The position numbers and the translations under genes were made by a program. From an uncultured Flavipsychrobacter sp. (lineage in GTDB: Bacteria; Bacteroidota; Bacteroidia; Chitinophagales; Chitinophagaceae), in NCBI GenBank assembly GCA_964461535.1, contig CAYWUY010000001.1:16784-80783 (forward strand): a DNA stretch of 64,000 nt. The letters are read 5' to 3'. This document shows positions 56,847-64,000 of the stretch, one piece after another (within the stretch, counting starts at the first letter, position 1; the number at the start of each line of letters is the position of its first letter). The notes below the pieces were generated by a model that saw nothing but the letters and a program-made list of their open reading frames with translations, was not told the DNA's origin and did no database searches.

Positions 56847-59471
56847 ATGCTAACAGCCAACGAAATACGTCAGCAGTTTTTAGATTTTTTCCGTTCTAAA
56901 GGACATGATATTGTACCTTCTGCCCCTATAGTGGTAAAAAACGACCCTACATTGTTGTTTACCAATGCGGGTATGAACCAGTTTAAAGACCTTTTTTTAG
57001 GTAATGGCACCCCAGTAAATACTAGAATAGCCGATACTCAAAAATGCTTGAGAGTAAGTGGTAAACATAACGACCTTGAAGAAGTAGGTGTAGATACTTA
57101 CCACCACACCATGTTTGAGATGCTAGGTAACTGGAGCTTTGGCGACTACTTTAAAAAAGAGGCTCTAGCTTGGAGTTGGGAACTATTAACGGAAGTATAC
57201 AAAATACCCAAAGACCGCTTATACATTTCGGTATTCAGAGGCGATAGTAGTGAAAACCTACCTATGGACCAAGAGGCATTTGACATATGGAAAAGCTATG
57301 TAGATGAGGATAGGATAATTATGGGTAGTAAGAAGGATAACTTCTGGGAAATGGGTGATACCGGACCATGTGGCCCATGTAGTGAAATACACGTAGACTG
57401 CCGCAGTGATGCGGAAAGAGCTGCTACTCCGGGTAAAGAATTAGTAAATGCCGACCACCCTCAAGTAATTGAGATATGGAATAACGTATTTATGCAGTTC
57501 AACCGCCTAAAAGACGGTACACTAGATCCATTACCTGCCAAACATGTGGATACCGGCATGGGATTGGAACGCTTAGTAAGAGTGCTACAAGGCAAACAGA
57601 GCAACTATGACACAGACTTGTTTACCAATACCATAGGCCACATAGCACAAATAACAGGTAAAACCTACGGCTATACGGATAGCAAGCCAGATGTGGCATT
57701 TAGAGTGTTAAGCGACCATATAAGAGCTATAGCTTTTACTATTGCTGATGGACAGTTGCCATCGAACACGGGTGCAGGATATGTTATCAGAAGAATATTA
57801 AGAAGAGCAGTACGCTATTACTACTCTTACCTTGAGTATAAGCAGCCGCTATTACACCAGTTAATGCCTGTTTTGGCAAAACAATTTGAACATGTGTTTC
57901 CTGAGTTGCTACAACAGCTAGAGCTAGTGAGCAAAGTAGTAAAAGAGGAAGAAGAAGCCTTCTTGAGAACACTAGATAAAGGACTTAGAAAAATAGATGA
58001 CATTATAGCTGATACCAAAAAGCAGCATACAACTATAATTAATGGTAAAGCGGCTTTTGAACTATATGATACTTATGGTTTCCCTATAGACTTAACGCGC
58101 CTAATAGGTAGTGAGCAAGGATTGCAAGTAGACGAGGCTGCCTTTACCGCAGAAATGCAACAGCAAAAAGATAGAAGCCGCGCTGCCACTGCCTTAGATA
58201 CTGATGATTGGGTTATTCTATCTGACTCGGGCAGTAAATTTGTGGGTTACAGTTCTTTGGAAGCTGAAGCTAACATAGTAAAATATCGCAAAGTTAGCAG
58301 CAAGGGTAAAACCTCTTATCAATTAGTACTAGACACTACTCCATTCTATGCAGAAAGTGGCGGACAGGTTGGCGACTCAGGTGTACTAACCTTCCCTAAT
58401 GAAACAGTGCGCATATTTGATACTAAAAAAGAAGATGGACTTACTATACACTTTGCTGAAGCATTACCTGAAAACGTACATGCCCCGCTAGTGGCTAAAG
58501 TAGATGCTAGCAAACGTGCGGCAACTACCATACACCATAGTGCTACCCACTTGCTACACGCAGCATTGCGCCAGGTATTGGGAACGCACGTAGCACAAAA
58601 AGGCTCTTTAGTAAATAATGAAAATTTGCGCTTCGACTTTTCTCATTTTGCTAAAGTAAGCGATGAAGAAATAGCCCAAATAGAAACCATTGTAAATGCC
58701 AAAATAAGAGAGAATGTACCCGTAGTAATAAAAGAAATGGGTAAAGATGAGGCAGTAGCAATGGGTGCTATGGCGCTGTTTGGAGAGAAATATGGCAGCA
58801 CAGTGCGTGTAGTTATAATGGACCCTAACTATTCTATAGAGTTGTGCGGAGGAACGCATGTTGGCTATACCGGAGAGTTAGGGATGTTTAAGCTTATAGG
58901 TGAAAGTGCTGTAGCTGCTGGCGTACGCCGTGTAGAGGCTGTGTGCGGAGCTGCTGCAGAACAATATGTAAACCATAAACTAAGCCTACTATCTGCAGCA
59001 CAACAACAACTAAAAAATCCTAAAGACCTGGTAAAGGCTATAGAAAAACTGCAAGAAGAAAAAGCTACATTAGAAAAAGCTATTGAAGCTTTAGAAAACC
59101 AACAAATAGCTGCTATGAGCAAAGACTTAGCTGCAAAAGCTGAGTCTATAAATGGAGTTTCTTTCTTAGGACAACAGGTAGCGGTAAGCTCTGCAGACCA
59201 CTTAAAGAAACTGGCTAATGAGCTTAAATCATTATTAGCTAATCATGTGATAGTGCTAACTGCGGCTATTGAAGGGAAATCTTCTGTGGCTGTAGCAGTA
59301 GATGATAATGTGGTAGCCGGTAAAGGACTAGATGCCGGTAAAATAATTAAAGAGCATGTAGCACCACTAATAAAAGGTGGCGGCGGTGGACAAAAAACTC
59401 TGGCAACAGCCGGAGGGCAAGACACCACACAACTAGATAAAGTCATTAATACTGTAAGGGGATTATTATAA
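56847..59471 (+). CDS. alaS: Alanine--tRNA ligase
   Basis: 874 aa. Class II motifs are present (FTNAGMNQFKD, HHTMFEMLGNWSFGDYFK, GPCGPCSEIH). The editing domain shows HSATHLLH and CGGTH, and there is a C-terminal DHHA1-like domain. Confidence 0.95.
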   Translation: MLTANEIRQQFLDFFRSKGHDIVPSAPIVVKNDPTLLFTNAGMNQFKDLFLGNGTPVNTRIADTQKCLRVSGKHNDLEEVGVDTYHHTMFEMLGNWSFGDYFKKEALAWSWELLTEVYKIPKDRLYISVFRGDSSENLPMDQEAFDIWKSYVDEDRIIMGSKKDNFWEMGDTGPCGPCSEIHVDCRSDAERAATPGKELVNADHPQVIEIWNNVFMQFNRLKDGTLDPLPAKHVDTGMGLERLVRVLQGKQSNYDTDLFTNTIGHIAQITGKTYGYTDSKPDVAFRVLSDHIRAIAFTIADGQLPSNTGAGYVIRRILRRAVRYYYSYLEYKQPLLHQLMPVLAKQFEHVFPELLQQLELVSKVVKEEEEAFLRTLDKGLRKIDDIIADTKKQHTTIINGKAAFELYDTYGFPIDLTRLIGSEQGLQVDEAAFTAEMQQQKDRSRAATALDTDDWVILSDSGSKFVGYSSLEAEANIVKYRKVSSKGKTSYQLVLDTTPFYAESGGQVGDSGVLTFPNETVRIFDTKKEDGLTIHFAEALPENVHAPLVAKVDASKRAATTIHHSATHLLHAALRQVLGTHVAQKGSLVNNENLRFDFSHFAKVSDEEIAQIETIVNAKIRENVPVVIKEMGKDEAVAMGAMALFGEKYGSTVRVVIMDPNYSIELCGGTHVGYTGELGMFKLIGESAVAAGVRRVEAVCGAAAEQYVNHKLSLLSAAQQQLKNPKDLVKAIEKLQEEKATLEKAIEALENQQIAAMSKDLAAKAESINGVSFLGQQVAVSSADHLKKLANELKSLLANHVIVLTAAIEGKSSVAVAVDDNVVAGKGLDAGKIIKEHVAPLIKGGGGGQKTLATAGGQDTTQLDKVINTVRGLL

Positions 59472-59486
59472 TCCCCTTATTTTTTA
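59456..59486 (+). terminator. Rho-independent terminator overlapping the alaS stop codon
   Basis: Stem AAGGGGAT/ATCCCCTT with a 7-nt loop, followed by ATTTTTT. Confidence 0.65.
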
Positions 59487-59521
59487 CATTAACTTTAGCC
59501 TAAAAAGATAAACTCATATTA

Positions 59522-60100
59522 TTGAAAGAGATTTTAGTAGGCATTGGCGCCATTATGGCTGTTGTGGGTAATGTACCTTATTTAAGAGATGTATTGCGTG
59601 GCAAAGTACAGCCCCATGCATATACGTGGATGGCATGGTCGGTAGTGTCTGCTATTGTACTTATAGGCCAGGTGGTGAAGGGCGCCGGTTTAGGAGCCAT
59701 ACCGGCAGCAGCATCCGAGTTTTTCACCTTTATCATTTTTTTAGTTTCGTTGAAGTATGGCTTTAAAAACATAAAGCCGGTAGACCATATCTTTCTTATA
59801 CTATCGCTATTGAGTATTATTCCTTGGCTTATTACCAAAGACCCTACTATATCCGTTATAATAGCTGTTAGTATAGACCTTATAGCCTTTGTGCCAACAC
59901 TACGTAAAACATGGGAAAACCCGGCTAGTGAAACCCCATGGCTATATGGCATGAACGTGCTGAGGCACATAATTATATTATATACAGTAGCGCAGTTCAA
60001 TATAGCTACTACCCTACATTCTATTGTAATGATAGGCTCTAACTCATTGATGAGTGCATTTCTACTTTATCATATTTACCTAAAGCAAGACAAACGATAA
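59522..60100 (+). CDS. Polytopic membrane protein of unknown function
   Basis: 192 aa with an apparent TTG start (an alternative ATG lies 10 codons in). About 6 hydrophobic helices. No family recognised. Confidence 0.45.
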   Translation: MKEILVGIGAIMAVVGNVPYLRDVLRGKVQPHAYTWMAWSVVSAIVLIGQVVKGAGLGAIPAAASEFFTFIIFLVSLKYGFKNIKPVDHIFLILSLLSIIPWLITKDPTISVIIAVSIDLIAFVPTLRKTWENPASETPWLYGMNVLRHIIILYTVAQFNIATTLHSIVMIGSNSLMSAFLLYHIYLKQDKR

Positions 60101-60102
60101 CT

Positions 60103-60624
60103 CTATCTACTTATAGCAACACCTATAGTTGACACCCCGGTAGACAAATCAATGAATACTCCAAACTTGCTATTTATGTGGTATTCTGCACCTATGTGCA
60201 AATCAAGATAAGGACCTGTGATTTTGGAGAACTTGTTACCTGAGTAAGCGTTACCGGCATCTTCTCTTCTATAGGCTAGGCCTAGAGATGCTGCTGCATA
60301 AAAATCCCAATCTCTGCCGGCATTCAATAGATTATCTAGATAGTAAGTAAACTTAGCACCAAATGGTATGGCTAAGCCTCTATACTTATCATTTTTATAA
60401 GATGTAAAGCCCACAAATGGTGCTATAGTACCATTACGGAAAATATCTTTTTCGTAGTTAAATAAAAAGAAAGGCGAGGTATTATCTATATAAGAATAAG
60501 CCCCTACACCTAACCCTAAATTTATAACATCTCCGTAGCTGCTGCTAGCTTTTTTGTTCTGCGCTATTACTGCTTGCACACACATAGTAAGCGCCAATAC
60601 TGTAGCTGCTATCTTTTTTATCAT
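60103..60624 (-). CDS. Small outer-membrane beta-barrel protein (porin-family-like)
   Basis: 173 aa with a signal peptide ending IAQ. It has alternating aromatic/Gly strands (LGVGAYSY, FGAKFTYY, FYAAASLGLAY, LDLHIGAEYHI, GVFIDLSTG). Confidence 0.6.
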   Translation of the reverse strand: MIKKIAATVLALTMCVQAVIAQNKKASSSYGDVINLGLGVGAYSYIDNTSPFFLFNYEKDIFRNGTIAPFVGFTSYKNDKYRGLAIPFGAKFTYYLDNLLNAGRDWDFYAAASLGLAYRREDAGNAYSGNKFSKITGPYLDLHIGAEYHINSKFGVFIDLSTGVSTIGVAISR

Positions 60625-60641
60625 AACTGTAGTTTCTTATT

Positions 60642-62015
60642 TTATTTAGTCCTTTGTTTCCACATTTTGTTGAATGATGTCTCTGCAAACTCTATGTCAT
60701 TTCTATGCTTTGCCCAAGAGTTTTTAAATACCAGATTCACCATTTTGTTTTTAAGCTTTTGCCCCCCCATATTCATAAGTGTTCTGCTCATCATGGCTTG
60801 CTTCCAAAATGCCCATGCTGCATTTTCAGAAAAAGGATTCATATTATCGGCTACCGCTATGGTTCTATTTTCCAGTAGCATTTCATGTATGTTTATTTTC
60901 AGTGGGCACACCTCTGTACAGTTACCACACAGGCTAGAAGCATAGCTTAAGTGCTTATACTCTTCCATACCTTTCAGGTGTGGTGTTATTACCGCACCTA
61001 TGGGGCCACTGTAAGTAGCACCATAGGCGTGGCCACCAATATTTTTATATACCGGACACGCATTCAGGCAAGAGCCACAGCGTATACAATACATACTCTC
61101 TCTCACCTCTTTACGCAGCAGGTTAGTTCTACCATTATCTAGCAGTATCACATACATTTCCTCCGGGCCATCGGTTTCATTTTGTTTTCTTGGCCCCATA
61201 AATATGCTGTTATATACGGTTACTTGCTGGCCAGTACCATAGGTAGCCAATAGTGGCCAAAATAACTGTAAATCGTTAATAGAAGGCAACAATTTTTCTA
61301 TACCTACCACTGCTATATGTGTACCAGGGAAAGAGGTAGACAATCTACCATTACCTTCATTTTCAGTAACACATACACCACCCACATCAGCCAATAAGAA
61401 ATTACCACCCGTTACCCCTACTTGAGCAGTAAGGTATTTTTCTCTCAGTTTTTTACGGGTAATTTGTGTTATTTCAGAAGGAGTGAGGTTAGGTTCGGTA
61501 CCCAATTTTTCGTGAAACAATTTAGCTACATCCTCTTTGCTCTTATGCATAGCAGGTGTAACTATGTGGTATGGAGGCTCACCGTCTAGTTGTTGTATAT
61601 ATTCGCCCAAGTCCGTTTCTACCGACTCTATTCCATGCTCCTGTAAAAAGCTATTCAGGTGAATTTCTTCAGTAACCATAGATTTGGCCTTTACCACCTG
61701 AGTAGTATTTTTTTCCTTGCATATTTGCAGTATGGCTTGTTGGGCTTCTTCAGCTGTTTCAGCCCATATCACTTTTCCACCCCTTGCCGTGAAGTTTTTT
61801 TCAAACTGTTCAAGGTAGCGGTCTAGGTGCTCTATGGTTTTCCATTTAATATTTTTGGCTCGCTTGCGCGCTACTTCTAGGTCAATAAACTGTTTTTTGC
61901 CTTTTACAACAGCATCGTTATACTTATTTATATTGAATGCTATCTTACGCTTATGCTCAAGGTCATTAGCTTTTACGTCGCTTTTGGCAAGAAATGTCTT
62001 TAATTGATCCGTCAT
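60642..62015 (-). CDS. lutB: LutB/LldF-family iron-sulfur protein (lactate-utilisation protein B-like)
   Basis: 457 aa. It has an LUD/DUF162-type N-region and two 4Fe-4S ferredoxin motifs (CIRCGSCLNACPVY, CGNCTEVCPLKI). No lutA- or lutC-like neighbour lies in the window. Confidence 0.8.
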   Translation of the reverse strand: MTDQLKTFLAKSDVKANDLEHKRKIAFNINKYNDAVVKGKKQFIDLEVARKRAKNIKWKTIEHLDRYLEQFEKNFTARGGKVIWAETAEEAQQAILQICKEKNTTQVVKAKSMVTEEIHLNSFLQEHGIESVETDLGEYIQQLDGEPPYHIVTPAMHKSKEDVAKLFHEKLGTEPNLTPSEITQITRKKLREKYLTAQVGVTGGNFLLADVGGVCVTENEGNGRLSTSFPGTHIAVVGIEKLLPSINDLQLFWPLLATYGTGQQVTVYNSIFMGPRKQNETDGPEEMYVILLDNGRTNLLRKEVRESMYCIRCGSCLNACPVYKNIGGHAYGATYSGPIGAVITPHLKGMEEYKHLSYASSLCGNCTEVCPLKINIHEMLLENRTIAVADNMNPFSENAAWAFWKQAMMSRTLMNMGGQKLKNKMVNLVFKNSWAKHRNDIEFAETSFNKMWKQRTK

Positions 62016-62036
62016 TATTTCCCGGTAAATTGTTCT

Positions 62037-62044
62037 ACAAAAGT
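62037..62044 (-). promoter_or_regulatory. -7 promoter box (CAAAAGTA on + strand = TACTTTTG)
   Basis: TAnnTTTG on the minus strand, 22 nt upstream of the lutB ATG. Confidence 0.45.
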
Positions 62045-62167
62045 AATTATAAAAATGCCCCGTTTGCCCCTCCTATAAATATACATAATTCTATTTGTAT
62101 GAATAATTATGTATTTTCAAATCGTGTAGTGCCGGCATTATAGTCACATTTTAATAATATACTATCT

Positions 62168-63196
62168 ATGAGGCTGAATCTATTAGCTTTATCCTGTTTA
62201 TTGTTGCTACTAATGTGGGCTTCCTGCAAGCCCAAGGCTGTTATTACCTACAATTACGGAACACTCCTATCTAGCGATAGTCTTTATTCTACTCAGTTTG
62301 TCCCTAGCTTAGCAAGCCCTATACACCAACAAAAGAATGATTTGTACTGCGCCACATTTGCCCTAGCCTGGGCAGAACTAAATAAAGAGATTGGAGATAT
62401 AACTGATTACGATAAAAACAACATTATACTCTGCTCACTCATAAACGACACAACAGCCAAAAATGTACTTGATACAAATGAGTTTACAAAGCTGGTAAGC
62501 ATCAATAACAATGTAATAAACGTAAAAACCAACTTCGAACTAGGCCTTACATTTAAACATAAGTTGCAAAAAAACACAGACACATTTAAGTTTTTAAGCA
62601 CGGCGGTACAGTCTTTTTGAATGATTGCTTTTGATGATCAAATAGCCAAAAATGTTACCCTACTATCCTATACCAACGACGATAGCTTTATTATTAGCAT
62701 AGCCACTACTACCGACAAACATGAACTACTATTAGCTAAAGGCTATAATAATCAAAACACATTACAGAATGTAAATACTGCTATAGAAATGGCAATTACT
62801 AAGTCAAAGAACTCAAAAACCAACGAAAACGCATGGAAATATAGTATAGCACCTGAAGACCAAATAATTATACCTGAAATACGCTTTAATATTATTAATA
62901 CATATACACAACTGCTACAAGAAAAATTTACTACAGCTAGTACTACCTATAAAATTGAGAAAGCAGAACAAAGCATAGCCTTCACGCTAGACCAAGAAGG
63001 GGCTCATGTAAAGAGCATTGCCGAAGTTGAAAATGTAACAACTGACTCTACAGGAAGCTTCGAAGAGGAATTACCACACCCCAAACACCTATGGTTAAAT
63101 GGACCATTTTCTATCATAGCCCGCAAAAAGAATAAGGAAACGCCTTATTTATTTATTAAAATAGAAAACACTGAACTACTGCAAAAAGTACAATAA
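62168..63196 (+). pseudogene. Serpin-like lipoprotein gene interrupted by one in-frame TGA (62618-62620); alternatively two tightly coupled genes
   Basis: ORFs 62168-62620 and 62621-63196 share one frame and are separated only by TGA, which is directly followed by ATG. The first has a lipoprotein signal (LLLLMWASC). The second has a serpin-like hinge (LDQEGAHVKSIAEVENVTT) and a C-terminal PF...I......LF pattern (LNGPFSIIARKKNKETPYLFIKI). Confidence 0.45.
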
Positions 63197-63246
63197 AGCT
63201 ATGTTAAACCAAAAGGGCTAAAAAGTGTACAAGTACTTTTAAAAGG

Positions 63247-63254
63247 TATATTTG
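63247..63254 (+). promoter_or_regulatory. -7 promoter box (TATATTTG)
   Basis: TAnnTTTG ends 4 nt before the ATG at 63259. Confidence 0.45.
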
Positions 63255-63258
63255 TACT

Positions 63259-64000
63259 ATGTTTTCAGCCGACACTATAGTTACTAATGCTCTCGAAACC
63301 ATTCGCCTAGAAGCAGAAGCAGTTACCATGCTTATGAAATATATTGATGACTCTTTTGTAAGAGCCGTTCAAGCTATTCATCATGCTAAGGGGCGTGTAG
63401 TATTAAGCGGTATAGGCAAAAGCGCCATAATAGCACAAAAAATATGTGCTACTATGAACTCTACAGGTACACCGGCTCTTTACATGCATGCTGCCGATGC
63501 CATTCATGGCGACTTGGGCATGATACAGCCTGATGACGTAGTTATCATCATCTCTAAAAGCGGCAACAGCCCCGAGATTAAAGTACTAATGCCGCTAGTA
63601 AAAAACTTTGGTAATAAACTAATAGCCATATGCGGCAATATGGAATCATTCATGGCCAATAATGCCGACATAGTACTAAATACCACTGTAGATAAAGAGG
63701 CGTGCCCTAATAACTTGGCACCTACCACAAGCACTACAGCCCAAATGGCTATGGGCGATGCTCTTGCAGTTTGCCTACTTCAATTAAAAGGGTTTTCTGC
63801 ACGCGATTTTGCTAAATACCACCCCGGGGGAGCCTTGGGCAAACGTTTATATTTACGTGTTGCAGATATGAGTGATGTAAATGAGAAGCCTACAGTATTA
63901 CCGGAAAGCAGCATACGTGAAGTGATTTACGAAATATCCGGAAAAAGACTTGGTGCTACTGCCGTATGCGATGCAGAAAATAATATACTTGGTATTATAA
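63259..64000 (+). CDS. kpsF: KpsF/GutQ-family arabinose-5-phosphate isomerase (SIS plus CBS), 3' end beyond the window
   Basis: Not in the ORF track because no stop lies in the window. My translation is MFSADTIVTNALETIRLEAEAV...GRVVLSGIGKSAIIAQKI...IIISKSGNSPEI...APTTSTTAQMAMGDALA...YHPGGALGKRL, followed by the start of a CBS domain. Confidence 0.85.
   Translation, partial: MFSADTIVTNALETIRLEAEAVTMLMKYIDDSFVRAVQAIHHAKGRVVLSGIGKSAIIAQKICATMNSTGTPALYMHAADAIHGDLGMIQPDDVVIIISKSGNSPEIKVLMPLVKNFGNKLIAICGNMESFMANNADIVLNTTVDKEACPNNLAPTTSTTAQMAMGDALAVCLLQLKGFSARDFAKYHPGGALGKRLYLRVADMSDVNEKPTVLPESSIREVIYEISGKRLGATAVCDAENNILGII

Noticed and set aside
62081-62114. Inverted repeat ATACATAATT/AATTATGTAT between lutB and the serpin-like gene
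   Set aside because: It consists of A, T and a single G/C pair. The chance expectation is high in this AT-rich spacer, and there is no supporting regulator.
62618-62620. TGA in the serpin-like gene as selenocysteine or as Trp (genetic code 4)
   Set aside because: No convincing SECIS-like stem-loop follows the codon, and no sel genes are visible. The long conserved genes in the window (for example clpC, alaS, mutL, radA) are intact under the standard code, which would not hold under widespread TGA reassignment. Pseudogene, sequencing error or two coupled genes are simpler explanations.
1-64000. CRISPR arrays, tRNA/rRNA/tmRNA genes, IS elements, integrases, toxin-antitoxin or restriction-modification genes
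   Set aside because: I saw no regularly spaced short repeats, no cloverleaf-like conserved tRNA arms (no GTTCGAATC-type T-loops outside coding sequence), and no transposase- or integrase-like ORFs in any frame. A manual scan cannot exclude small ncRNAs.

Overview
AT-rich core-chromosome segment, best explained as a Bacteroidota genome. This is inferred from many TAnnTTTG -7 promoter boxes, several T9SS C-terminal sorting domains, an XrtF exosortase pair and DUF4290-murA linkage. Genus cannot be determined. The window is gene-dense (about 55 protein genes), mostly housekeeping: clpC, pyrC, mgtE, mutL, radA, murA, dnaN, rnz, alaS, kpsF (3' partial), beta-carbonic anhydrase, and M3, M16 and S41 peptidases. 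These are mixed with envelope, secreted and regulatory genes: a DtxR-family regulator next to a TonB-dependent receptor, BlaI/BlaR1, a LytTR regulator with a propeller histidine kinase, AraC, T9SS cargo proteins and outer-membrane barrels. I recognised no rRNA, tRNA, CRISPR array, transposase, integrase, prophage block or obvious defence island. I found no clear-cut novel multi-gene system. The strongest candidates for follow-up are listed here. (1) A perfect 324-bp direct repeat (a duplicated 5' gene fragment) brackets an overlapping TM2/DUF2752 membrane gene pair. (2) A serpin-like lipoprotein gene is split by one in-frame TGA. (3) A LytTR/propeller-kinase pair lies upstream of a T9SS cargo protein with a tail-fibre-like motif. 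(4) An XrtF exosortase pair has no known substrate. (5) A BlaI/BlaR1 module has a tandem palindromic operator around its -7 box and a non-canonical sensor tail. (6) MgtE carries an extra C-terminal domain of about 107 aa. All family calls rest on motif recognition by eye from the supplied translations; no database search was run.
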